The notes under the pieces are model-generated. The model made no database searches and was not told the origin of the DNA. It worked only from the letters and a program-made list of their open reading frames with translations. Both the position numbers and the translations under genes were made by a program. Shown here piece by piece: positions 28,948 to 38,252 of a DNA stretch of 64,000 nucleotides; positions within the stretch are counted from its first letter, which is position 1, and each line of letters opens with the position of its first letter. The stretch is taken from the sequence record LC727701.1. One strand, given 5' to 3'.

Positions 28948-29436
28948 ATGGTTATTACACATCAAACTGTAGACCAGATAGATACACAAGTGAGTTTAGG
29001 TTTACCTATTGGTTACTATGGTGCTAATGATGATCTATCTACATTAATTAGGATGATTGGTGATTGGAACATCAGACCCATTGAAGAGCGTAGGACACCA
29101 GGTACAGGTTATATTGTAGCTGTCCCATCGAATACTCGTACACGAGTGATTTACACTGCTGGTCGTAAGAAATGGCTAGAAGCATTAGATTTTAGCCCCG
29201 AATTAGCTGAGAAGTATATTCGTGCTTGTAGTGCAATAAAACGATGCTGGGACCACGATGTCGCAACCTTTGTCCTGACACATAATAAAATTAGCGACGA
29301 ATTACTTAAAGAATTGATGAGTGTTGAGAATCCTAAAGCTGTACTCAATCACTATAAAATTCCTGTAAAGATTTCTAGAAATAGAATAATTGCAGCTTGT
29401 CAAATAATCTTCAATATTCGTGGACTAAAAGTCTAA
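28948..29436 (+). CDS. Hypothetical protein (162 aa)
   Basis: GAAGAG RBS; followed by terminator. Confidence 0.75.
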   Translation: MVITHQTVDQIDTQVSLGLPIGYYGANDDLSTLIRMIGDWNIRPIEERRTPGTGYIVAVPSNTRTRVIYTAGRKKWLEALDFSPELAEKYIRACSAIKRCWDHDVATFVLTHNKISDELLKELMSVENPKAVLNHYKIPVKISRNRIIAACQIIFNIRGLKV

Positions 29437-29447
29437 TACTTTTATAG

Positions 29448-29475
29448 GAGAGAACCGCCATGGTTCTCTCTTTTT
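29448..29475 (+). terminator. Intrinsic terminator
   Basis: GAGAGAACC-GCCAT-GGTTCTCTC then TTTTT. Confidence 0.8.
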
Positions 29476-29526
29476 GACGTAAGTGCATTATTGTTATGAT
29501 AAGACTTTCGTATAAGGAAAACTACT

Positions 29527-29958
29527 ATGTTACTTTTTGTTGATACAGAATTTGATACGCCTACTGGTACTCTTATTTCACTCGGTATTGTTAGTGAAGA
29601 TCGACGTTGTGAATTCTACGAAGTTCTACCATATGACAATATTGAAGATGAATGGGTTAAAGAAAACGTTATTCCTATTCTTCAAAAAGAACCAATCTCT
29701 TTAGAAGAATTCCATGATAGACTAGCCAAGTTTCTTGGTCAGTTTGCTCGATTACATTTTATAGCTAATCATGTTAACGATATGGTTTACACTGGTAAAG
29801 CTATGGATATGGGTAAAGGTAAACAAGTTGTTGAGTTACCAACTATATTTGAATTAAATCATGAGCTAAGTGGAAAAGGTTCTAAAATGCTTCACAACGC
29901 ACTATTTGATGCTCGTGCAACCCTAGATGACTGGGAGCGTTTAAATGGTGTGAACTAA
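29527..29958 (+). CDS. DEDDh 3'-5' exonuclease (Rv2179c/DUF5051-like)
   Basis: FVDTEF (ExoI), EWVKENVIP, HNALFDAR (ExoIII); AAGGA RBS. Confidence 0.85.
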   Translation: MLLFVDTEFDTPTGTLISLGIVSEDRRCEFYEVLPYDNIEDEWVKENVIPILQKEPISLEEFHDRLAKFLGQFARLHFIANHVNDMVYTGKAMDMGKGKQVVELPTIFELNHELSGKGSKMLHNALFDARATLDDWERLNGVN

Positions 29959-29977
29959 CCTTTTTGGGATAGCCATC

Positions 29978-30637
29978 ATGACTAATACCTTTGAGAAGAT
30001 GTCAGGCGACAAAGATAGAAAAAGTCGTCCAGAAATCGTACTGCGTTTGCTGATCGCAACCAGTTTTCCTCAATCCGTTTTAGCCGATTTGACTTTTGAT
30101 ATTACTAAGCAAGTTGGTATTACTGATAACGATGAATTAGAGAAGATTGCTAATGACATGCGTGATGTTGAACGTAAGTTTGATATGACTGATTTCATTA
30201 GATGTATTGATCTACGTCGTAATGGTAATGACGTAAATATAACTGTTAATTGTTGGGATTTTGATCCACGTGCTAAAACCATCGAGGATCGTGCGGAGAA
30301 CCATGAATTCCTGGCAAACAGTAATATTACCTTACATTCACCAGAAACAGATTTTAATGATCCACGTGAACTAGCTAGTAAATTAGTTGGACTATTTTTT
30401 CGTAGCAAGATAGGTCAAAAGCCGTCAGCTAGTAATTTTACTAAGGGATGGAAAATTCTTAGTAAACCAATTAGTAAATCTAAAAATACAGGTGATATAG
30501 AATCAATCGATCTAGTTGATGCTATTGAACTAGTAGCTCAGAGTCTAGCTAAGCGTAGATTTAACATTAAAATTACCACAAGTGCTATTTTATTACTTGA
30601 TCAGAAAAGACGGTTATTTAATATAACGCGTGGTTAA
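29978..30637 (+). CDS. Hypothetical protein (219 aa, gp200-like)
   Basis: Long ORF convergent with the late block. Confidence 0.75.
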   Translation: MTNTFEKMSGDKDRKSRPEIVLRLLIATSFPQSVLADLTFDITKQVGITDNDELEKIANDMRDVERKFDMTDFIRCIDLRRNGNDVNITVNCWDFDPRAKTIEDRAENHEFLANSNITLHSPETDFNDPRELASKLVGLFFRSKIGQKPSASNFTKGWKILSKPISKSKNTGDIESIDLVDAIELVAQSLAKRRFNIKITTSAILLLDQKRRLFNITRG

Positions 30638-30641
30638 AACA

Positions 30642-30674
30642 ACATAATGCCCTCCCATTGTGGGAGGGCTTATG
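30642..30674. terminator. Bidirectional terminator between convergent genes
   Basis: ACATAATGCCCTCCCA-TTG-TGGGAGGGCTTATG; nearly the reverse complement of the 2211 element. Confidence 0.85.
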
Positions 30675-30677
30675 CCG

Positions 30678-32627
30678 TTAAACTTTTACAAGTTTATCAT
30701 TTTCTATTTTCCAATTAGCATGGAAAGAAATTGGTTGACCAGTGGTCTCATCAAGAATGTCACCAGTCTTTAACCTATTTTTAATAGCTCGATTATTTCC
30801 AAAGAATGGAACTAGTTTAGCTACTGTTACATCAGCTAATCCTGGATCTTTCATTACATACCAGCCAGGCGTTGAAGCCAGTTCATCATACTGGACAACT
30901 TTAGAAGTATCTGCAAAGATAACAATATCACCATGTCGTCCGTTCTGGACACGTTGTGATAGTTTACCCCATGTGGAGTTATTATCATAAACATATACAT
31001 TAGCTGTATTCAATGTCTCACCAAGGAATGTACGACGTAATGCAGTCAATACTATTGGTTTTATATTAATGTTATTCTTATATGCATTCGCTACACGATA
31101 CATATACTTGGTCATGCTAAGATTAATATATTCATAAATTTTAGCTTTACTTATCCCTTTATAATCATCCCATGCCATTGTACCTATAAGGGATGCTTCA
31201 TTATAAAGAGAAGCAGGTTTTGAACTAAGTACCACTTGATGCTGCATTGTGTAAGTATAAGGTACACGTACGTTAATACGTATCTGATCATTATCATGGA
31301 TTAAAAGAGTTGATCCATGAGTTATCAGATCCCACTGAGTAATGCCCTGACTAAATAAGAATGATCCAACTAAATAGCCATTTATTTGAATATCGCCTAG
31401 ATAATCCTGATGGTCAGTGCCATTTGAGTAACCTAGATTAAGATCAAAATAACGCTTAGCTGTTAATATCTGAGTAGTATCAATAGCTTGGCCATTATCA
31501 CGTGCAACAAAGATACCATCATCTACACCAACTTGGAATCTAAATGAAATAGCATACGGTTTATTAGGATTTTCAGATGTCGTACACAGAAAATTGTAAA
31601 TGTACTCGCCAGTATGATCGAAGGTAAATTCAGGAATATCTTCTTTGTTATACGCTGGGAAAGTAACAAGCTTAATCTCACTTTCACTTGAATCACCTTT
31701 GATAACAAAGTCAGTTACTTGACCATTACCAATAGATTTATTCATACCTGTAAACAAACCAGATGATGCAGCTTTTGGTGACCAGCTTAGCATCTGATTT
31801 ACAGTATATTGAACATCTGACCTATCAACAACACCAGAGAAATAAGAACCAAAATTAAAGGCTAGTCTATTAGCGGTAAATGCAAAACTACCATTATTTT
31901 CTTTAGCATCTTCAATATTAGTGTAATCTCTTGAAGCAGAATCAGTTATAACAAAGATACCATTACCCGATTTACGCCAAGTAGCTAGATTATCGATAGT
32001 CGCCTGACTCACTCTTTCAGGAGTTAATGCGCCAGTATTATGATCTTTAGTAGAAAATAGAATACATGCATAATACTTATTAAGATCTGTTAAAGTAAGG
32101 TCTACTGTGCCACCCATCATTTCTGGGTAATAAACATCATAGGTAGAATCTTGTACACGAGCAGCCGTATCTAGTATCTTTTTAAAACCATTACCTGACG
32201 TATTGAGGACTGAATAAGGTTCACTAGGATTACTATCTGTGATTACTAAGAATTTCTTTCCAGTTGATTCGTACTTACTACCATTCCTAATAAACCCAAT
32301 AGCATTATAAAAATATCTTACCCATCCCCATAGATCTTGAGGGTTTGTTGTATTAGCCGGAATTTGGTAAGTATCATAGTTTAAATTATAGAATTTTGGA
32401 AAACTACAATCATAAAGAACATTACCAGTGCCATCTTGCACAACAGCAATAAATGGACTACCACCTGTTGCAGGGTCACCATCATAAGCAATGTATTCAG
32501 AGAGCACCGGAGGTAACTCCGGGCTCACTGTATAATACACCTTCTGAATATCTGAACTAAAGTTAAATTTAACTTTAGAGTTTAGTGCCACAGGACCCGG
32601 CACTTGCGACGGGACAATAGAAGGCAT
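30678..32627 (-). CDS. Virion structural protein (gp201-like, 649 aa)
   Basis: AAGGAG RBS; Thr/Ser/Asn/Tyr-rich composition; in a minus-strand operon with the helicase. Confidence 0.7.
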   Translation of the reverse strand: MPSIVPSQVPGPVALNSKVKFNFSSDIQKVYYTVSPELPPVLSEYIAYDGDPATGGSPFIAVVQDGTGNVLYDCSFPKFYNLNYDTYQIPANTTNPQDLWGWVRYFYNAIGFIRNGSKYESTGKKFLVITDSNPSEPYSVLNTSGNGFKKILDTAARVQDSTYDVYYPEMMGGTVDLTLTDLNKYYACILFSTKDHNTGALTPERVSQATIDNLATWRKSGNGIFVITDSASRDYTNIEDAKENNGSFAFTANRLAFNFGSYFSGVVDRSDVQYTVNQMLSWSPKAASSGLFTGMNKSIGNGQVTDFVIKGDSSESEIKLVTFPAYNKEDIPEFTFDHTGEYIYNFLCTTSENPNKPYAISFRFQVGVDDGIFVARDNGQAIDTTQILTAKRYFDLNLGYSNGTDHQDYLGDIQINGYLVGSFLFSQGITQWDLITHGSTLLIHDNDQIRINVRVPYTYTMQHQVVLSSKPASLYNEASLIGTMAWDDYKGISKAKIYEYINLSMTKYMYRVANAYKNNINIKPIVLTALRRTFLGETLNTANVYVYDNNSTWGKLSQRVQNGRHGDIVIFADTSKVVQYDELASTPGWYVMKDPGLADVTVAKLVPFFGNNRAIKNRLKTGDILDETTGQPISFHANWKIENDKLVKV

Positions 32628-32637
32628 TTCTCACTCC

Positions 32638-33108
32638 TTACGGGGTATACACGGGAATATCAGCCGTCTTAATAGGTGAGTCAACTCGAATATAATAAGT
32701 GATTGGTACAGACAGGCTATACCCACGGATATTTAAAATCCCTGTAGATGAATCGAGATCCCAACCAATACTAGCAGAAGCGCTAATAAGCTTACCACTA
32801 GTAGGACTAGTAGTTTCAGGGTCGATAATCTTGAGATCAACGATGGCTGTAGCCAGAGTATAATCACCCATAGAAGTAATAACTTTGGAAAGATCATAAG
32901 TAACTACATCTCCTGGGTTTAATGTACCAGTTTGAAATAGAATTGGTTTTAAACCAGTACTAGGACCTGGACCAGGGCCACCACCAGATTCTAGGATGGT
33001 TGTTACTTTGTCAACCCACCTTAAAATCGCATTATACATTTCTTCACTGGTGGCTTCAGGCCCAAGAATAAGATCTTCACCAGTATTAGATGAATGTGGA
33101 TCAGACAT
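32638..33108 (-). CDS. Virion structural protein (gp202-like, 156 aa)
   Basis: AAGGAG RBS; GGGPGPGP linker between a helical N-terminus and a beta-rich C-terminus. Confidence 0.7.
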   Translation of the reverse strand: MSDPHSSNTGEDLILGPEATSEEMYNAILRWVDKVTTILESGGGPGPGPSTGLKPILFQTGTLNPGDVVTYDLSKVITSMGDYTLATAIVDLKIIDPETTSPTSGKLISASASIGWDLDSSTGILNIRGYSLSVPITYYIRVDSPIKTADIPVYTP

Positions 33109-33119
33109 TTCTGTCTCCT

Positions 33120-35231
33120 TTAAAACCGCATATATGCGGGCTGATATGGTTTATACATACGTGTATCAAAGTCATTAAAATCAATTGCGATATCATACTT
33201 CTCAAATGATTCTTTTAGCATCTGATAAATGATTTTATTTTCATCAAAATTATTATTTTTATCAACATAACTTTCTAATGACTCTGTGATCTCAAATGGA
33301 GATTTAATACCCATAATAGCTTCAACCATCGCCTGACTCCATTTTAGAATGTCATCTGACCTTGTTGAGATATTCGGTTCATCTTCTGTATCGAGAGTAC
33401 ATTGATATACGACTGTTTGTGAATCCTGACCTTTACGGTAAATTCGAGCAATAGCTTGTTCTAGAATGTAATGCCTAAACGGTGAATTAATTGTCACCAT
33501 AGTATCAGCCATCGTCATACGGACCGCTGTTGAAAGGGAAGCATATGTAGCTACCAATGGATTTAATTTAGGGTCTTTCTCAAATCTACTGATTATTTGA
33601 GGTAAATTGTCATTGGTTTTACCATACACCACCGCCGGATGCATACCTAATTTATTGGTGTACTTATCAACAGTATCAACAACCTCAACAAACGATGTAA
33701 ATGCAATCGTTTTCTTCATAGTTGATTCAGTGATACCAACCCAGTCAATATACGGTACCATGTCCACATGGCACTGAATGCGTTTAGCACCTAAAACCCT
33801 TCCCAAACATTCACCTTGTATCTTTAGCATAACGTATTTTATAACTGATTTAATATCTCTAAAAGCAGCTATTTCATTACGAGGTAAAGTTGGCTCTATA
33901 AACATTTTTTCATATTGGTTAGATTCTTTAATTTCTTCACCAATGTATCGCGGGTCTTGATTCTTCTGAATTATTTTAATCAAATTCTTATAGCGAGCGA
34001 AACCATCTTTCTGCGCCTGGGTCTTAAGAGAGTTCTCGTGTATCGCCATTAGTTTAGCCCAATACTTCTCATCTTCTGGTCGGCGCGCAGCATAGAACTT
34101 TACACGTTCTCTAATAAAAGCTTCACAATCACGTTTAATGGCATTAAGAGTATACTGTGATCCATTTGGTATCTTGATACGATACGCTTTTATCCTCGGT
34201 GGTAAAACCTCAGTATCTTTCTTTTCAATGACGTACGCAATTAACCCAAAGCGATGTTGGACAATATCTAATCCTTTCTGTGTCTCTTTTCCAAATGCTT
34301 TCTTAAAACGTTCTTCAACCTCATTGGTGAAGAGATCGTCTAATACTCTTAATGCACTTACTAATTCAGAACCAAGTGCTTTAACAGGGGTACCTGACGC
34401 TAATAATCTGTTATTAGAGTTAGACATAAAACATATTTGCTGGAACTTAAGAGATTGTGCAGAATTAGGATCGTTCATATTGTGTGATTCATCCAGAATC
34501 ACCGTAATGCTCTTACCTTTGAATATACCGCTTCTTAATAGATCAATTATTTTATCTTGCGCCTGGTAATGGGATATAAGTATTCTTTGACCGTTGTAGG
34601 CTTTATCATCAATGGTCGACCATACTTTTTGTCTTTCCTTATACATCTCAATAATAGATGGCTTCCATATTAGATCAATAGACTTCTTTTCACAAACAAC
34701 TATAATGATATCCGACTCAACCATTTCAGCAATAGCCATCGTCATGAATGTCTTACCAGTACCAGGTTTACCTGCAACAATATCACCACGTAAACCATAC
34801 TGGTCAATTCGATAATTATAATTTTCAAAATAAGCTTTTTGAGACTCATCTGGTGTAAATGTCAATTTGTCTAACATCTTGAAATTGAGTCTACCTGGTA
34901 CAGAGTTGGTATCTACAGGACGAGTATTTTTTAACCAGGTATATTGAAGCATTGCTTCACGGATGGCATTAACAGTTTTAATAGAGATGTATCTACTTCT
35001 ATAATTCTTTACTGCTTCTAGCATGTAATATATTTCAGGAGCAAAGAATTTATAAAATGAAATACTACGACGACTAACCGTGTTAAATAACTGCGTAGCT
35101 AATTTAGTGGTTCGCCAATACTTGTTAATATCTCTAATGAATGCAGCACCATCAAAACCACTGATGATAATTTCTTGATCAGTTTCAGTAATTGATAGCG
35201 AGCCCATTAGCTTCCTAAATGAGTCTATCAT
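33120..35231 (-). CDS. SF2 (SNF2/DEAD-like) helicase, gp203-like
   Basis: GKPGTGKT Walker A, ILDESH Walker B, LASGTP motif III, QAIARIYRKGQ motif VI. Confidence 0.9.
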   Translation of the reverse strand: MIDSFRKLMGSLSITETDQEIIISGFDGAAFIRDINKYWRTTKLATQLFNTVSRRSISFYKFFAPEIYYMLEAVKNYRSRYISIKTVNAIREAMLQYTWLKNTRPVDTNSVPGRLNFKMLDKLTFTPDESQKAYFENYNYRIDQYGLRGDIVAGKPGTGKTFMTMAIAEMVESDIIIVVCEKKSIDLIWKPSIIEMYKERQKVWSTIDDKAYNGQRILISHYQAQDKIIDLLRSGIFKGKSITVILDESHNMNDPNSAQSLKFQQICFMSNSNNRLLASGTPVKALGSELVSALRVLDDLFTNEVEERFKKAFGKETQKGLDIVQHRFGLIAYVIEKKDTEVLPPRIKAYRIKIPNGSQYTLNAIKRDCEAFIRERVKFYAARRPEDEKYWAKLMAIHENSLKTQAQKDGFARYKNLIKIIQKNQDPRYIGEEIKESNQYEKMFIEPTLPRNEIAAFRDIKSVIKYVMLKIQGECLGRVLGAKRIQCHVDMVPYIDWVGITESTMKKTIAFTSFVEVVDTVDKYTNKLGMHPAVVYGKTNDNLPQIISRFEKDPKLNPLVATYASLSTAVRMTMADTMVTINSPFRHYILEQAIARIYRKGQDSQTVVYQCTLDTEDEPNISTRSDDILKWSQAMVEAIMGIKSPFEITESLESYVDKNNNFDENKIIYQMLKESFEKYDIAIDFNDFDTRMYKPYQPAYMRF

Positions 35232-35299
35232 TGCATTTTTCCTTAAGGGGTATGTAAATATAACTCTAAGTCATAAGATTAGCTAACGAATAAAAATAC

Positions 35300-35465
35300 G
35301 CACAGTGCAATGATATAGAGCAAGGCAGTTTGCGTAAAACGCACTGCACTTTAAGGGGGTGATCCAGTCGTAAATCAACCGGGGTACTAAAGTATCGTCA
35401 GGAACGACACGAGCCCCAACTACGGTGCCTTGCTACTTACCGACCTCTAGATAGGGGTCGGACCT
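35300..35465 (+). ncRNA. Candidate structured non-coding RNA or regulatory leader, no family recognised
   Basis: GC-rich non-coding island with a 9-bp long-range helix (35319-35327/35426-35434), nested stems and a 3' hairpin, followed by a terminator. Confidence 0.55.
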
Positions 35466-35472
35466 ATTACAT

Positions 35473-35503
35473 TAAAGGAGCCCACCAGGGGCTCCTTTAT
35501 GTC
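35473..35503 (+). terminator. Intrinsic terminator
   Basis: TAAAGGAGCCC-ACCA-GGGGCTCCTTTATGTC. Confidence 0.8.
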
Positions 35504-35581
35504 ATTCATTATAAATTAATTTAAATCTATATTACAGGATTACCATAAAGATATTTATCCTTTTATAATGAGGAAAAGATT

Positions 35582-35977
35582 ATGTCCGATATTAATAGCA
35601 CCAATGTAACAGATGAATTAGTACCTTATTTTCCATCGGCGGATGCCATTACTAATTCTACTATTAGGGATGAAGTAATTCCTAATATTTTGTTATTCTA
35701 CAAGAATGCTTTTAGTGACTTCCAACACGTTAGTAATATCACAGGTACTAACCAGATTGCATCAGGTTATTTACCAGGTGTAGGTTATTATTTCGAGTAT
35801 AGTGTTACCGGTAATGCTAATCTTATTCCACCTGAAGCAATTAAAGTATTACGTAATGTAATCACTAAAAATGGATATAAAGATGACATTACCATTACAC
35901 CAAAAGGTTTTGGCCTAATCAATTGGTTCATTGTAAGAGTATACGTAGATGAGCAAATTAAGAAGACTACTCAATAA
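35582..35977 (+). CDS. Hypothetical protein (131 aa)
   Basis: GAGGA RBS. Confidence 0.75.
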   Translation: MSDINSTNVTDELVPYFPSADAITNSTIRDEVIPNILLFYKNAFSDFQHVSNITGTNQIASGYLPGVGYYFEYSVTGNANLIPPEAIKVLRNVITKNGYKDDITITPKGFGLINWFIVRVYVDEQIKKTTQ

Positions 35978-36125
35978 AGAATTAGAAAAAGAGTTAGTTA
36001 AAAAACTAGATTTTCTAGAACGTGATTTTAGAGCTATAAAAGAAGTTATCAAAACTGGAAAATATCCTGATCCTGTTAATCCGAATCGCAGACAAAGTGA
36101 TTATGATTTATCTTTTAATAATTAA
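35949..36125 (+). CDS. Small 58-aa protein missing from the ORF track
   Basis: MSKLRRLLNKELEKELVKKLDFLERDFRAIKEVIKTGKYPDPVNPNRRQSDYDLSFNN; fills the gap to the next gene; weak RBS. Confidence 0.55.
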   Translation: MSKLRRLLNKELEKELVKKLDFLERDFRAIKEVIKTGKYPDPVNPNRRQSDYDLSFNN

Positions 36126-36141
36126 CCTATAAGAGGATGCT

Positions 36142-36543
36142 ATGGAAATCACATTTCCATCTGTAAAAGAAGTAATGACAACTGATCCAGCATTTATTGA
36201 TTTGGTTCTGAAAAGTAAATTACTTACTATCCGTAAAGCAATGATTGATGTTATTCGAAACATTGAGAATACATCACTAGCATCTAGTAGGCTTGTTAAA
36301 CAGAAAAGCTATCCATATCAAACTACTTTCGAACTTGTATTTAACCCAAAGGTTTTTAAATGGTTTGATAAAACAGATGCTATCAATATTAAAAATATTC
36401 TTCATGCTGAAGTAGTTAACCAGGATTGGGAGAGTATTGATATTTCTTATAATGGTAGGGATATACATGGTTTTGAAAAAGTGACTATTGTATTAACTCC
36501 TATGAAAGATGAAGCTATTAAATATGATCTTTCAAAAGCATGA
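36142..36543 (+). CDS. Hypothetical protein (133 aa)
   Basis: AGAGGA RBS. Confidence 0.75.
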   Translation: MEITFPSVKEVMTTDPAFIDLVLKSKLLTIRKAMIDVIRNIENTSLASSRLVKQKSYPYQTTFELVFNPKVFKWFDKTDAINIKNILHAEVVNQDWESIDISYNGRDIHGFEKVTIVLTPMKDEAIKYDLSKA

Positions 36544-36559
36544 ATTAAGATAACATATA

Positions 36560-36588
36560 CCCTCCCCTTTATTGGGGAGGGATTATTT
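36560..36588 (+). terminator. Intrinsic terminator
   Basis: CCCTCCCC-TTTATT-GGGGAGGG then ATTATTT. Confidence 0.75.
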
Positions 36589-36785
36589 ACTTATATGTTT
36601 AATAGAATAAGGACTCTACCTTGGAATAATGCTAATGCTCTTCACCAGAGAAAAGAGATATATAGATAGACGTATTACACATTATCAGGTTGAGTAGTAA
36701 ATTAAAACAACCAATAATACGTTATTCAATATTGAAATAGTTGTTATAAAACATTTATATTAATCTAATACAGGAAATAAAGAAA

Positions 36786-37496
36786 ATGGGTGATTATGTA
36801 TATTTAGAAACTCAAGCTAAAGTAAATAATGAATGGATTGGTATCGAAGATATTGAACTAACACAGAATTATGATCTTTATGCATATCTACTTGATATTC
36901 GCAATTATTGGGATGTAAAACCATTTGCTTACCATAATGGTGTTCCTGATGATCTGAAAAAGAAACCAGAATGGTGGAGTAGTTATGATGATGATCCACG
37001 CTGTGATGCATGGATTAGTGGTGAAGCTATTCTAAAAGGTATGAGTGAGCTTAAACCAGTTACTAAAACAGTATATATGAGTCTATATACTTATATGTCC
37101 TGGGATCGTATGTCAGAACCAGATTGTTATTCACGGTATAGCCCACGTCTTGTAACAGATGAACCAAAAATTAATAAAATCTCTCAAAAACAATTACAGT
37201 ATTATAAGAATTTAACTGAAAGTTTTTATTCTCTAAACCTTAAAGCTAATTATGATTGGAAGGTTATCGACGGTCGGTTACAACGAGTCGGGCCTAAATG
37301 TGGTAAGAATCACCTACGTAATCTACGTCGAGTATCGCGTTATCTATCTTTCTGCAATGTTCCTAATGAACCTATCAAAGTAACTTATACACTCACGGCT
37401 GATCAACAGCGAAAAGAATTTAAACCTTTTATTTATCAAGTCCGAAATGCCGTTCTTAAGTACGGTGATATCCGTCTTCTAATGAGGGTTAGATAA
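36786..37496 (+). CDS. Hypothetical phage protein (236 aa)
   Basis: N-terminal MGD..TQNYDLYAYLLDIRNY..GVPDD pattern common in phage proteins of unknown function. Confidence 0.75.
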   Translation: MGDYVYLETQAKVNNEWIGIEDIELTQNYDLYAYLLDIRNYWDVKPFAYHNGVPDDLKKKPEWWSSYDDDPRCDAWISGEAILKGMSELKPVTKTVYMSLYTYMSWDRMSEPDCYSRYSPRLVTDEPKINKISQKQLQYYKNLTESFYSLNLKANYDWKVIDGRLQRVGPKCGKNHLRNLRRVSRYLSFCNVPNEPIKVTYTLTADQQRKEFKPFIYQVRNAVLKYGDIRLLMRVR

Positions 37497-38149
37497 TGGC
37501 AATGACAGCTATTGTCGGTAGTCGCTATGCCCCTACATGGGCCCTAGAATTGATGATACGCGCAGGAAGAACATTTGTTGATCTAGGTATAGGTATTTCA
37601 TCAGGCGATGCATATGGATCAGATAGAGCTGGTTGGTATGGTGCAATTCAGTCTGATAAATGGGATACAGTAGAAAGTCGTATTTACATTATTCGAAATG
37701 GATTTCTTGGAAGACGAATTGAGAATCTAGCGTGGTTTCATGATGCCTCCGTATATACTGATACCATTCCCACAGCTATGGCAATGGCCTGTGCAGCTCG
37801 GGGAAGTTTCAATGGTTTAGGTAGAACAGGTATTGAACTACATACTCGTAATGTATTTCAAATTCATGGCCATACTTTACGTGAACCTGTTTCAACTATT
37901 ATTGCATACGGTGAACAAAAGACACCAACCTCTGTAATTAGTGGTGGTACTAATACAGCGTGGCAGTTGGCATTAGATGCAAATGTGCCAACTATGTATA
38001 ACCTATACTGGTCCGATGATGTAAAGAGACTAGAAGAATGGTTAAATAAAAATGAATCTGATGAGCCATATATGCCAATTGATTGGTCTGAAATCTTAGA
38101 TCCTAGAGATAGCCGTCTACCTGAATTGATGGATGAATATAATAATTAA
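37496..38149 (+). CDS. DprA/SLOG-like Rossmann-fold protein
   Basis: AIVGSR, ISSGDAYGSD, LHTRNVFQIHG, GGTNTAWQLA motifs. Confidence 0.75.
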   Translation: MAMTAIVGSRYAPTWALELMIRAGRTFVDLGIGISSGDAYGSDRAGWYGAIQSDKWDTVESRIYIIRNGFLGRRIENLAWFHDASVYTDTIPTAMAMACAARGSFNGLGRTGIELHTRNVFQIHGHTLREPVSTIIAYGEQKTPTSVISGGTNTAWQLALDANVPTMYNLYWSDDVKRLEEWLNKNESDEPYMPIDWSEILDPRDSRLPELMDEYNN

Positions 38150-38181
38150 TTTTCTCAAATGAATTAGTTATAATAGCCAAA

Positions 38182-38212
38182 ATAAACCCTCCTCTTAGTA
38201 GGAGGGTTTATA
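38182..38212 (+). terminator. Intrinsic terminator
   Basis: ATAAACCCTCCT-CTTAGT-AGGAGGGTTTAT. Confidence 0.8.
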
Positions 38213-38252
38213 TCGTCTCAAATTAGATTATCAATTAGAAAAGGAACATCAA

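Noticed and set aside
29474-29500. Sigma70-like TTGACG-N15-TATGAT; also an extended -10 TGTTATAAT near 46382-46390
   Set aside because: Spacer too short, such motifs arise often in AT-rich DNA, and phiKZ-like phages do not depend on host RNAP; not supportable without start-site data
35300-35465. tRNA, SRP RNA, Rsm-type sRNA or canonical HDV-like ribozyme identity for the structured element
   Set aside because: No T-loop GTTC or cloverleaf; no SRP GGAA/AGCAG motif; only one GGA loop; no HDV L3/P1.1 consensus. Kept as an unknown RNA
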